DNA from: Gekko japonicus | Lineage: Eukaryota | Direction: 5' to 3' | NCBI RefSeq assembly: GCF_001447785.1 | Contig: NW_015162474.1 | Span: 1,304,417 to 1,368,416, forward strand | Length of the DNA stretch: 64,000 bases | Shown here: piece by piece, positions 50,201-63,070 of the stretch | Layout: the number at the start of each line of letters is the position of its first letter | How positions within the stretch are numbered: the stretch's first letter is position 1 | Made by a program: the position numbers and the translations under genes | Notes under the pieces: model-generated | The model's input: only the letters and a program-made list of their open reading frames with translations | What the model was told of the DNA's origin: nothing | The model's database searches: none

Positions 50201-53200
50201 CACCCAATACTCAGGAGAAAAAAATACTTACTGGTAGGTGTTCGGGGAGTTCGTGGAACTTCCATCTCTGTTTGATGTTGGTTCCTTTCTACTACTGGCT
50301 CTTCTACCACATTTATGCTGTTATTCTGCATGATCTCTTGCAACATATTAAATAACTCTTCAGCACGGGCACACTTGAATGCGAATATTCCTACAACAAC
50401 ATATTATACATTAGATAGTTATAAGAAGGAAAATGGACGTTTTCAATTTTAAAAATTGCTGGAGACCATTTAAGTGCATACCTGTCAAAGAAAGAACTAT
50501 TAAATTAACCATAAAGTTAAACAACCTTTTAAAAAAAGTTTCAAAACCTTTATGCACACATTTTAAAAAGGGTAAAGTGAACAGAACACAGAAGAGAATG
50601 TTTGGTATGCACTTCAGGAAAAAAAGTTTCTTGGTAAGCAGTAGCCTTTGTAGGAACAGAGTTTTTGTGCACCAAAGATATGCTTTTAAAGTTTCTGCTC
50701 CATTACCAACACAAAACCAAAGAAGTTGACATAGAATTCCTGTACAAGTAAGTAAGAAGGATTTGACACAGGGAGCAGGCCCAGGTTAATGTAAGGATTT
50801 AGGATGAAGGATTATAGAACAGATTTGGGTGAAAAAGACCAAGCCAGTTTGGGTTTGGTCTGAGGGATAGACACAGAAACAAAGTAGTCAATACGATAGA
50901 TTCTCCTGTAGTATTGTTCCACTTTGCTTTTCAACAGCAGAGGGAGCCCAACTTACCATCATCGGCAAACAGAGAACCCGTGCAGTTGTAGCTTTGGATT
51001 TTTCTTCCATTGAAAGCATGAAGTTAAAGTTGACATTCTTGTTAACAAGTGTGTGTGCCTTTGCTGAGTGTCAGCTTATCTAACATGCTAAAACTACGGC
51101 ACCTATTCTATTTCAGACAATGCAACTATGCGCATAGAGAAGGGACAAGCCGTAAACAGGCAATAAACTAGAACTCTGATTCTAGTTTATTGCCTAAGTG
51201 TCAATTGTAATAACAGAAATGTTCCAGGAGGTAGCAGTTAAGTCAGTTTTATGCATATCTTTATAATATTCCTAATTTTTCATTACAGCTCCATTTGGTC
51301 TGTTCTTGCAACCCACAATTCTCATATCTAACAATATATGCTATTCATATATATGTTAATACTTTAGACTAAGGGGCTGTTGATTGCGGTCTTGGTCATT
51401 CCGTAAAAAGGCTCGTGTTTTTCATGTCTAGCTCTTGTAACGTATGGCACCATTTTTCAACACTTTCTACACTGAGGTACTACTGACCACATAGCCATAT
51501 CAGTGTAGGAATTGTAACCAATGCACACTGTAGAGGATTATGGGGTAAGTTCTAGGGCAGACACAGTTTATGCTAAGCACTAGCCAAGCATTTACATATA
51601 TAGCATGAACCAAGTGTGTGTTCTACAACACATACAAACTCCCTTGTTGCTGTGCATTTTAGGGAATGACTGAAAAGGTCTCTTAAAGAAAACCATTGCT
51701 GATCTTTTTAGTGAGGGACTACAGGGTTTCCCAAAACAAGCTGAAAACTATCATCTTGGTAAACAAAGCACATCCTAATTTAAGCCTATAAATTTGTTAC
51801 ATAGAAGCAACTTCCACACACATTTGTGATACAGCACAGATTTCTAAGCTGAAGAGAGTACCTGGGCCAAGGAAACAGAAAGCCCATTAATGAAAAGCTA
51901 GATTTGTATCCAATAGTATTACTGAACCCCACATTGTGAGGGAAACAAACATGTACAATGAACTAATTGGGAAGATGCTTAACAACTCTTTAACAATTAT
52001 TAATATCTCCTCAGAGGCAGAACTGAATGTGCACAATGTTAGTTGCAACTAGATATAAAGTATCAGTGCAACTTTTTTGACTTTTCACAGGAATTTGCGC
52101 TTTGGGGGGCAAGCATTCTCTCTTCCTTAGTGACCTCTTTAGGGAGGCCCACTCCACATTTAAAGAACATGGATTCTAACTGACTTGACCTCCACCAGAA
52201 AAGATTATATTTTGCAGCTGTAGTCCATAAATGTTTGAGGTGGGCTGAATATGCACTTTTGACATAGTGAAAGACTGGACTAACGGCAGCCATTATACTT
52301 AAAATTTTGTCTTTTAAAAAAATAAACCAATACCACAAAACCCCATCCTTCACAGAAGAAGGGAACATTTTTCACAAAAGACTAGAGATCACGATAATAT
52401 TTGGAATTACACCATACAGGCTATACATTTCTGTCACCTTTAATCATTTAGTGAAAGAAAAATGACATCTAAAATGTTGATAAGTACACACACTTGCTTT
52501 CAACCACTAAAATAAAGTCTAATAGGTCACTGAGGGACGGGCTAAACATTCCCCTTGATACAGCTTTATTCTGAAGTACTTCAACCACCAAATCTTCATC
52601 AGTAATTTTATACATTTTTAAGGTTATCAGGGGTGCACATTTGGTATTACTCACACAAGAATACTGGAGAGAGGTTATAAAAGTAATTTTCTGATATCTT
52701 CCATTGCAACAGCTATGCTTATCTTAGCAAAGTCTTCTGAAAGTCCCACCCTGTAAATGCATAAGATCAACAGCAGCCTCTACCTGAGCCTTCTCTGCAG
52801 TGTCTCCTCTTTTGTAAAATGGCCTACCTGACATGATCAGGAGGGCTCCTGTGATTCTATTGTTCTGCTGAATGTGTACATCAGAATTGTTCAGGAGGGT
52901 GTTTTTATACAGAGAATAGGGTTGTTAATAAAATGGAATTGTTCAGGATGACTTTTTTTTTAACCGGAGGGACTAGGGCTATAGTTTTGTATTGTTTTCT
53001 GACATCTGTAATCCAGTTTCTGGACTGCTTATGATATGCCATGTCATATGCTATTTCATTGCATTGTTTTCTAATTCTCCAACCCAATTTTATTGTACTG
53101 TTTATTGTGTCTTATACTGTTCCTATTGCATTGTCTTTAAATTTTCTAATCCACCTTGAGTCTCAGCAAGAAAGGTAGACTATAAGTAAAGTAAATAAAT

Positions 53201-56200
53201 AACACAGATCAGACAAAGAGTCTGGCATCCCTGTAGTCTGGCTTCTTGTTTCCAACCAGTTAGGTGAGTCAGGAAAGCCAACGGACAAGGCATGAGGACA
53301 AAAGTTGTTCTCCACTGTTGCTCCTGCCTCCCATCAACTGGCATCATAGACATGCTGCCTCTGAAGATAGAGATCCTACTTAGCCATCATGGCTGACAGC
53401 TTGATTGGTCTGTCTTATCTCCTTTTAAAGCCATCTAAATGAAAGGTCATCATCATATCTTCTGACAACAAACTCCAAAATGTAATTATGAATTGTATAA
53501 AAATTATTCCTTTTATCGGTTTAGAATTTATTGCCCAACAGTTTAATTGGACATCCCCAGGGCTATTTTTGGGCAGGAACGCACAGGAACGGAGTTCCGG
53601 CTGGCTTTCAAGTTGGCCACACCCAGCAGGAACTCATTAGCATAATAGGCCACACCCAACAGCAGAAACTCATTAGGATTGGCTACATTAGGGGTGTGTG
53701 GCCTAACATGCAAAGGAGTTCCTGCTACAAAAAAAGCCCTGGGTAAACAGAATAAGAAGCAAACGGTGGGTGTGGCTGGATAAGCACACTTCTGGTAACA
53801 TGGGGGTGCGGCCTAATATGCCAATGAGTTGTGCTGTCAGGGGTGTGGCCTAATATGCTAATGAGTTTCTGCTGTTGGGTGTGGCCTATTATGCTAATGA
53901 GTTTCTGCTGGGCTTTTTCTACAAAAAAAGCCCTGGACTTCCCCAAATTCTAACATCATAGTAGAGGGAGAAAAAACTCTTACCTGCTTTCTCCACACCT
54001 TAAGACTAACACATTTTACCTCTCTATGTCCCAATGTAATTTTCTAAAATAAGAGGAACTAGAGGTTTAGCCACTCCATGCTGAGAAAATGTTCCATCCT
54101 GTTTATCAGCCATGCTAACCTGTAGCCATGTTAATCTAAGGACGGGATTCTCACAAATTAGGACATATCAATCTCCAGTTCTAACATATTTATTACCTAT
54201 GTTGCCCCCCCCCCGTTGAACCGAAACAGATGATAACCAGAAACATAGCATGTCATTCTTCTGATCTGTTTAAAAAAATATTTTCACTATTTTGCATGCT
54301 AATTTAACAAGCCACCTCTATATATACAAATGTGATATGTAATTCCATTTCATTGTCTGACAAAGTGTGCATGCACATAAAAGCTCACATCTTTTTTTTT
54401 TTTAATCCCCTGAAGGCAGGGTAGCTTTATTAATTTTTGTTACACCTACACACTAACAGAAAAAGAAAAGGGGAAGGGAAAAAGTACCCCAGGATAAAAG
54501 GACAGTAAATTAAACCCACACTATAACTAAAAACCCAAGAGGGAAGATCCTTAACAGTTAGTATTCAGTTAGTATTAAAACTTAAAACTTTTCATTTAAA
54601 TCAATGAATCCATGTTAGTGTTTAATCCAACTTTTCAAGTGTGCATCTTGAATAAAAATTTGTTGCTCTTAAAGGTGCTATTGGACTCTAACTTTGTTAC
54701 AAAATGCAAGTGTGACACTTTAAAGAGCAACACATTCTTTATTCTAAACTTCATAAGACTTCATGGACTATAGCCGAATTGTCAAAAGCATAAACATCTA
54801 TGGACGAATGTGCTCTAGTCCAAAGTGTATGTACTTGTCTTTAAGGTGTCATAAAATGCCTATAGGTTTTTGATAATTCTGGATTGCCATTTCTGCATTT
54901 GCTTTTCCCATTTAACAATATCTTTTCTAAGATGAAGCTAACAGTACTGGACATGGTATGCCAATGCCAAAGTGGCTTCACTACACAATAATGCTAATTT
55001 TATTTTCAAATTCCTTTCAGTAACCACTGATACAGGAGACTGCCTTTTTCACTGCCTGTACATATAGCTGGTATTTTTATTGAACTATTAATCATAACCC
55101 TAAAAGCAGGATCATCATGACCAAGTCAAACTATAGCGATCTTGTCTTCTTCCCTCCCTCACACACGGGATTTTCCCTTTTGTTTCTTCTTGCTTGCTCG
55201 CTTGCTGGGCAGTCCATGCATATATTTTCTTCTAATCTGTTGGTCTATGGCTGTCCCACCCTGTCATGTTATTACATATTTTGATGCTGGCCCAGCTGAG
55301 GGACTTGAGGGAAGAAACAAAATCACCTGCTTATACTCTAATGACACACAAGAGGCTTTTGAAAGGTCAAAAAAATAACCAAAATATTTTATTTAACTTG
55401 GAGAGAGGAAAGTCAAATGGACTCAGGGTAGGATGTATGAGGTGAACTGATAATAAAAACTGAGGTACCCTTGTAATCACACTAAATCCAGCTAATGTGT
55501 TGCCAACAAGTAAGTGTTTTTACTTTTCAACAAGGTCTTTAAAATTTTGAAGAGAGAGGCTTTTTTAGTTTTTGCTTTCACTCACAAGCAGAAATTTCTG
55601 AGTATCACTGACAATTCCAGTTTACAAGGCAGGAACGTACAACCAAGTTCCTAAAATCCTTCTATATGCATGAACCAGGGATCACTCTTTTAAGAGTTAT
55701 CTCTCTTTTCACTGCGCAGGGATTACTTCTCAACTAGAAGCTCTGTCCCTTTTCAGATTGAATTGGGATCTTCCATAATCCTCTCACTCCTCTTTACCTC
55801 CTTCCCAGCCTTCAGTCAGTGCTAAACTGTTTCTTCTTCAACTGTCAGTTCCGAACTGTCATTTCTTAACTGACACTCTTCACAGAATTCGGTTTGAACA
55901 CCCTGTCACTCAAAGGTTCTCAGACGCCATGAGGCATTAACCCTTGACAATCCATCACACAAACTTCATCAGTATAAGTGTGAAATTAGTTTTCTGCTCC
56001 AGTGTGCATTGGTTTTAATTTGCCACTTTTAGCATTCTGTCTACTTAGTCCATTTGAAGAGATCATACTGAAGCTCTTCATAGTTGTACGTGTTTTCAAC
56101 ATCTTGAAAAATGTGACATCGTCTGTACACTTGGTCACTTCACTGCTAACACATAATGCTCACACATAATTCTATATCAACTAGCAATGAGTTAACTGCT

Positions 56201-57456
56201 GTTGCCACCAATACAGATCCTTGGAGAAGCCCACCATTTATCTCCCTTCATTTGGAAAACGGTCAGTTTTTCCCCAACTCCCTTGAAGAGGGAGAATATC
56301 TCCACAACATCTTCCATGGTTCAAAACAAGGCAAAGTTTCAAAAGGATGGCATGGCAGTCAGTTACATAAGACCAAGGATTTCCACTGAGCTAGTATAAG
56401 CTCTTTCTATAATCCTGAGCAGCTCTTCTTAATGCATTCTGCATATTCTTCTACATCACTAAAACAGGAGCTATCATAAACCTTATTCAGCATATTTCAA
56501 TAGAATTACTAAATGAGAATTCAGTACTGTAGGCTATTTGGTGATTTCAATAAACTTCCACTATTACTTACAAAATCACTTTTGGAAATACAGAACTAGG
56601 CTAAATTTCATTAACTTATTTTTAATCAGAACAATTTACATTGTAAGATCCATCTCCCTGTAAGTTATAAGGACATTGGACTATTTTAGTAGGCTATTTT
56701 GAGTCTTCTAAAACAGAACAAACACAGCTAATACACCTATACTTTGCACCTGAATTTCACTTACAGATTTGTGAAATGGGAGGCTTCATACATACCTGGT
56801 CCAGTTTGACATCTTCGGCCACTTTCAAAAGAGAAGAGGTTGGAATCATAGCCATAGCGGCGCAGACAAAGGTAATGCCACTTGACAGAATCCCGTTTAC
56901 GAGTATACAAGATTAGTTCTGTGTCAGTAAGTTCCATTATACCAGAACCCAATTCATTACCATCATCATCCACATTAATAACCTATAAAATATTTTTAAA
57001 AACACAACATTAAATGCTTGCATATTTAAAGGTAAATCATTTCACAGTTACTTAAAAGTAATTAACTAAAACCATGTATCCCATTAAATTCAACTGGAAA
57101 AAGAATTTTTAACTGAAGTCTCAGCACTATTCCAGAGACAGGCAGCATAAAGTTATCCATATAGATTATAAATGTTCATGAAATAGCATGGCTCTGTGGT
57201 AAAACAGTACCAGTGGATTATATTTTCTCTCTGTACTGAGCTCATGGGTGTACAGGCCACACATACTTCAGAAGAAAACTGAAATTTACCATGGAAGTTC
57301 CTATTAATCCTTAACATTCCTCCTTCTTCCTTGCCATTGTAAAACAGAACTCAGACCATCAAAGCAACAAAATCCCACACAAAATTTTACCTTGAATTTG
57401 TTTCGATGGTTATCTGGGACATTTTCTTTATCTGGACAGCTACAACAGCTACCCAT
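46263..57456 (-). CDS. FRS2: Fibroblast growth factor receptor substrate 2, 5 coding exons, 521 aa
   Basis: join complement(57391-57456, 56796-56982, 50232-50390, 47543-47706, 46263-47252) = 1566 nt; MGSCCS myristoylation motif, IRS-type PTB, YVN/YEN/YEN/YVN Grb2 sites, NYIQV and LYAVI Shp2 sites. Confidence 0.98.
47543..47706 (-). CDS. FRS2: FRS2 coding exon 4
   Basis: PGLSGQSLPNGYPRYPSYGDASSHPSSRHPSVGSARLPSVGEESTHPLLVAEEQ. Confidence 0.96.
50232..50390 (-). CDS. FRS2: FRS2 coding exon 3
   Basis: IFAFKCARAEELFNMLQEIMQNNSINVVEEPVVERNQHQTEMEVPRTPRTPT. Confidence 0.96.
53200..54110 (-). mobile_element. Old CR1 3' fragment interrupted by a MITE
   Basis: ccttttaaagccatctaa..attccttttatcggtttagaattt..gagaaaaaactc resembles the reverse complement of 28260-28570; further pieces at ~54900-55100 and ~55950-56250. 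Confidence 0.6.
53558..53935. mobile_element. Composite hAT MITE (CAGGGCT TIR, ATGCTAAT-rich)
   Basis: CAGGGCTATTTTT / AAAAAAAGCCCTG; TSD gacatccc (53550-53557) / gacttccc (53936-53943); extra internal TIR ending 53741. Confidence 0.85.
54340..54700 (+). mobile_element. Penelope pLTR tail split by a poly(A)-tailed antisense insertion (~54391-54645)
   Basis: ctgacaaagtgtgcatgcacataaaagctcacatc ... catcttgaataaaaatttgttgctcttaaaggtgctattggactc, homologous to 24781-24867. Confidence 0.7.
56796..56982 (-). CDS. FRS2: FRS2 coding exon 2 (PTB)
   Basis: VINVDDDGNELGSGIMELTDTELILYTRKRDSVKWHYLCLRRYGYDSNLFSFESGRRCQTGP. Confidence 0.97.
57391..57456 (-). CDS. FRS2: FRS2 coding exon 1 (exon starts at 57482)
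   Basis: MGSCCSCPDKENVPDNHRNKFK|gtaa; upstream ctgtag acceptor. Confidence 0.96.
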
Positions 57457-57869
57457 GACTTTTTCAGAAGACCATGTGATTGCTACAGCCAAAGCAAAGA
57501 AAACAATTTTAAGAAAGAGATGAAAGTAAACTGTGCAAATGGCAGTTATATGAAAACATAAAACTGGCAAAGGGCAGAATTACGCACCAATGTGGAGTTT
57601 ATAAACAAAAGAGCTGTCACTTAAATTTCTGTTGCATGGATTTACACTTTATGACAAATTAAATTTAGCTGTTTATTTATAAACACATATTTTTATGTTT
57701 TGAGTAAACAGAATGATTGGAAAATGAATATTGGGGATGAATCCAGAAGTAATTTCTCCCAATGGAAGGGATTTCAGTCAGTGGACTTTCTTGCCTCTCC
57801 CACTGCTGGCCAACACTTATTAAGAAGCAGGGCTTACAGTTAAAATAAATCACCAACATAGAAGCACAC

Positions 57870-58250
57870 AACTAATTAAAACAAGCCCAGAGACATAAAA
57901 AACTGTTTAAAACTATCCATAAAACAGACCTCAGACCAGAACCAGACGATAAAACAGCTGGAAAGATAATTAAAAACCTGGGTAAAAAGAAATGCTGTGG
58001 CCTGATACCTAAAAGACAGTACGGTGGGGGCCAGGTAAGTCTCAAGTAGAAGACTGCAACTGAAAATGCCATCTGTCTAATAACCATCTACTTCACCTCT
58101 GAAGGCAGGGGAAACAGAGCAGGGCTTGGGAGACAGAACTGGAGGGCTGGACAGTACAGGATGAGATGGTCCTTCAGGTACCTTTACCCCAAGCCATTTA
58201 GGGCCTTCAGAGTAAGAACCAGAGCTTTGAATTGTGCCCAGAAACAGTTG
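57870..58250 (-). mobile_element. Old L2 3' end (continues at 61995-62125 and 63071-64000)
   Basis: Minus gcacaattcaaagctctggttcttactctgaaggccctaaatggcttgggg..ctgaaggaccatctc = QFKALVLTLKALNGLG..LKDHL. Confidence 0.7.
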
Positions 58251-58259
58251 AACGGGACT

Positions 58260-61200
58260 GGAGGAAACCATCGGACTTTAGCCAGCGGGCAGGCAGAATC
58301 TCACATGATTCGGTTTTAATAGCATTATAGTCCTGCAAAGTTGGATAATTGATTGATTATTTATTGTCTATTGGGGTAGTTAATTAACTGGGGTTTATGA
58401 TTTAAATTGAATTAATTGGGGGGTATGATTTAAACAGTAGACAGTGAGGAACCGACTAAATCAATTGATTAGAGGATGTGATTAAATTATTTAATTAAGT
58501 ATTATTGTGACTTAGCTATCCTACAGCGGGACTGATTAGAGCATAGCGGAATTGACTGTATCACTATGATGATCCCTGGCCTTTAAAGAAATCACTGGCC
58601 TTGAGAAAGAGAAATGGATTGAAACTTAAGTGCTAGCTAACTAGGGGTTGGGTGGTTATTTAGTAGGTCAGAAGGGTCTGTCAGGACAGATTAGGCTTCT
58701 AAGGTTAACAACACTAAGAGAACCTGCGAACTGCCATTAGTAGCACCATACTAGGATATACCATCTAATCAACTATCAGGGGTATGAGGCTCAGAGTAGC
58801 GAAGATCATTAGTGGCTGATAATGATGGGCCAGGGAATACCAGTGCTCCTGGGGAGAGGAAAGTACAGCGGTGGGACCAGGCAGGAATGGAAGGGGGAAG
58901 AGAAATAGAGAAGCTCGGCCACCTTCCAGCCTGCATCCCATCCCACAGGTGGCAGGCAGTGGGGCTAGGAGTAAAAACCCCACTCCGACATTGGTGTTCT
59001 GCAACGCCAGATCCATAAATAATGAGACCTCAGTCCTTCGTGACTTCCTGCTGGAGCAGGACGTGAATCTGGCGTGCGTGACCGAAACCTGGGTACGCGA
59101 TGGGGAGACGGTTGCTCTCTCCCAGTTGGCTCCTCCCGGGTTCTCAGTCCTCCACCAATCTCAGACTAAGGGGCTGGGGGGGAGAGTGGCTCTGTTCATT
59201 CGGGAGGCTTACTCCTTCAGGGCGCTCCCATCACTGAGGCTCACAGGCATCGAGTGTGCCGGCTTTGTGTGGGAAGCCGGGGAGAGTTTGACTGTTTGGC
59301 TGCTGTACTGACCGCTGGGCATTGGAGCACCCTAGACTGATAGTCCTGGGTGACTTCAAAGTCCATGCTGACGATGTGGCTTCCTCACAGGCGGTGGACC
59401 TGGTGTTGTCCATGGTGGCACTGGGACTCTCACAACATGTAACGGCCCCTACTCACCGAGCCAGTCAAACGCTTGATTTGATCTTTGCAGCAGGGGTCAC
59501 AGTGGACCAGACTGCTGCTATGGCAGTTTCATGGTCGGACCACCATGCCCTGAAGACCCGAGTGAATGTGTCACCCCAACCCTGTTTGGGCGGTGAACGT
59601 ATTTTAGCTTGCCCGCAGAGCCAAATGGATCCTCTGCAGCTGCAGATAGCTCTTTGGGATCCAATGCCCCCTGACGGCTCACTTGATGAACTAGTCGAGG
59701 ACTGGCATGGCCAACTCTTGACAGCCATCGACAAGCTCACTCCCAGACGTCCTCTGCATCCTCGCTCTAGGTTGGCTCCCTGGTATACCCAGGAGCTGAG
59801 GCTGATGAAGCGAAGGCTTAGATAGCTAGAGAGACAGTGGCGGTGCGCACGTGACGAAGCAACAAGAGCATCTTATAGGACGTTTATGAGATCCTGTGAG
59901 ATGGCAGTCAAAGCTATAAAGAGGGAGTTCTACGCAGCCACTATGGTGTCTACAAGCTCACGCCCAGCCCAATTGTATAGAACTATTCGGTCTTTAACAG
60001 TCTTGCCACAGGGCAGACAAAACATCAGTGAATTGGATACAGGCTGTGAGGCTTTCGCGAGCTATTTTGCAGATAAAGTCTTGTTGCTCCACCGCGACCT
60101 CCCGGCCACAGTTGAGACAGTGAGTGAACTTGAGGCTCCAAGCACATCTTCTGGTCCTATTCTGGATTATTTCAGTCCACTCAGCCCAGAGGAAGTTGAC
60201 AGACTGATCTCAACAGTACGCCCAAACACATGCAGCCTTGACCCATGCCCCTCCTGGCTAATTAAAGCTGGCCGTGAGGGGTTTTGAGGTGCCCTTAGGG
60301 ATATTATCAACAAGTCCCTCTCTGAAGGGCTGTTCCTGGGGGATCTCAAGGAAGCGATAGTCCGCCCTCTTCTAAAAAAACCATCTCTGGATCCGGCCGA
60401 ATTGGCTATTGGCCGGTTTCCAATTTGCCCTATTTGGGCAAATTAATTGAGAGGGCGGTGGGAACACAGTTGCAGAACTTTATGGATGACACTTCCACGC
60501 AGTCCAGCTTCTGCCCAGGCCATGGGATGGAGACAGCATTGGTCGCCCTCACAGATGACCTCCGGAGGCACCTGGATCAGGGCGGGACGGCAGTGCTGTT
60601 GTTGTTGGACCTGTCAGCAGCGTTCGACACGGTCGACCACCAGCTACTGGCCCACCACCTCGCCGACATGGGGATTCAGGGGCTTGCCTTGCAATGGCTC
60701 GTCTCCTTTCTCCAAGGTCAGGGACAAAGGGTGGCTCTTGGGGAGCAGCTGTCCTGAAGGCACCCACTAATCTGTGGAGTGCCTCAAGGGGTGGTGCTTT
60801 CCCTGATGCTATTTAACATCTATACACGCCCCCTTGCCCAGACTTCCCGGAGGCATGGGCTAGGGTGTCACCAATATACGGATGACTCTCAGCTCTATAT
60901 GTTGTTGGGCGGTCAGTCTGACTCTACCCTAGAAGACCTAGACCAGGCATTACAGGACGTGGCTGGATGGCTTAGACTGAGTCAATTGAAATTGAATCCG
61001 ACGAAGACGGAGGTCCTGTGCCTGAATTGGAGCAGATCAGGGGTAGGGATCCCACTACCAGCCTTTGATGGGGTGCCGCTGGTGCCAGCGCTGAGGGTCA
61101 GGAGTCTGGGAGTGCTCCTGGATGCTTCCCTAACAATGGAGGCCCAGGTAGCAGCCACTGCCAAGGCAGCCTTTTACCATCTCCAGCTGATTAGGCAGTT

Positions 61201-61960
61201 GGTTCCCTTCCTAGAATGCAATGATCTGGCTGCAGTGATCCACGCAATGGTCACCTCGAGGTGACTACTGCAATGCTCTCTACTTGGGGCTGCCCTTGGT
61301 GCAACTCCAGAAGCTGCAGCTGGTACAAAATGTGGCGGCCAGGCTGCTGATGGGCCTCCCTATGTGGGAGCATATCTGGCCTGTGCTAAAGACATTGCAT
61401 TGGCTGCCAATAACATACTGGATTTGCTTCAAGGTGCTAGTTTTGACCTTTAAAGCCCTTTATGGTCAGGGACCTGCCTACCTGAGGGACCGCCTTTCCC
61501 CACATATTCCCCAGAGAGCACTGCAATCAGGGGCACAAAACTGCTTGGCCCTCCCTGGCCCGAAGGTCGCCAGGTTGATATCGACCAGGACCAGGGCATT
61601 CTCTTTGGCAGCTCCGACTTATTGGAATGAGCTCCCGGGCAAGATCAGGGCCCTGCGGGATCTTCCACAGTTCCGCAGGGCCATGAAAACAGAGCTCTTC
61701 CGGCAGGCATTTCGGTAGGAGCTGCACTTTATCAGGTATGCCCTGGGCTGATTTTATCTCCAGCTTAAGCCACCTAGGTGGAGGCACCACTGAACGTGTT
61801 CTTACACGCACTTTATTATATTTGTACCGCCATTGGTATAGTAATGGTTTTAAATTGTCTATTATGTATTTTATACCGAGACCTATATTATTTTATTCAT
61901 TCTTATGTAAGCCACCCTGAGCCTGCCTCGGCAGGGAGGGCAGGGTAAAAGTTAAAGTAA

Positions 61961-61991
<31 letters not shown>

Positions 61992-61994
61992 ATA
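58260..61994 (+). mobile_element. Long, relatively young L2-clade LINE with disrupted ORF2, in FRS2 5'UTR intron
   Basis: APE: CNARSI, CVTETW, VLGDF, SDHHA; RT: LLDLSAAFDTVDH, GVPQG, YTDD; ORF2 ends 61718; tail TGTAAGCCACCCTGAG stem-loop + (TAAA)n; several stops and frameshifts. Confidence 0.93.
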
Positions 61995-62125
61995 GGAGAC
62001 CTTTCAGTACATGGCTGATACAATCCCTGTAAGTTACCAACTCCTGACAAATAGCCTGGCTCTCATATTTTAAACCAAGTGAAGTTTCTGGACTATTTTC
62101 AAAGGCAGCCCTATATACAACATTA

Positions 62126-63070
62126 TCTCTCCTTATATATAATTGTAAAGTGGAGTGGCACTTTCCAGCTCTCCCATTGGCTGTGCAATGCGCTCCCTCA
62201 GCCATTGGCTGGGTGCTGTGTAGGGACCCCCTGTTGACTTATGCCCTATTGGTTCATAGTGTGTGCTTACTCCTACAGTTGTGCCTTATTCATTTAGTGT
62301 GTGTGCACTTCATAATTGTGTAAATAGTTAAATAAATTCTTTTATTTGGGCTAATAATCTGTGTTGTGCTCTGACCACATAGTCTCCCCTGCTCTGCACA
62401 ATACCAAAGGGAGGGAGTAGCCCAGGGAAGCAAGGAAAGGCCAGACCCTTGGGTTGCCAACTTTCCAGGGATCCCCCAAAGATTGGGGATTCCATCTCCA
62501 AATAGGGGTCTCACTGTCCCTCTAAAAAAGCAGTGACAATTCAGTGAGTGGTGGCAGCGAACTTAAGGAGGGAGATACGCCCACCGGATGAGGGTGGGAG
62601 GCAAACAGCTGAGTGGTGAACTGGAGCCCGTTTTGCCACAGTAGGCAACCAAGCTTGGTTCAGACAAAGGAAGGAAACCCTTCACAGGCCTTTGTGAGGA
62701 ACTCATTGGGGCCAGTCCTGACTAGGGTTGCCAGCTCCAGGTAGGGAGATTCCTGGAGATTTTCTGGTAGATCCTATGGAAACCAGTGTTTGGGGAGGGG
62801 AGAGGCCTCAGCTGAACAGAATGCCATAAAGCCCACCTTCCAAAGCAGTTGTTTTCTTTTTTTGGGGGGGGGGAGATTTGTTGTCTGGAGTTCAACTGCT
62901 CTTCAGGTAGCAGAGATCAGTTCCTCTGGATAAAATGGTGGACTCTGTGTCATTATACCCTGCTGAGGTCACCACAGCAAATTGACGCAGAGTGCCCAAG
63001 GCCTTGGCACTCTCCCAGGGCCTCTTCTAGAGTTTGTTGTATTTATTTCCACAACGGGCCTTATTCCTAG
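62126..63070 (+). mobile_element. Non-autonomous Helitron-like element, copy 2
   Basis: A|TCTCTCCTTATATATAATTG ... GTTTGTTGTATTTATTTCCACAACGGGCCTTATTCCTAG|T; interrupts an L2 with no TSD. Confidence 0.85.
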
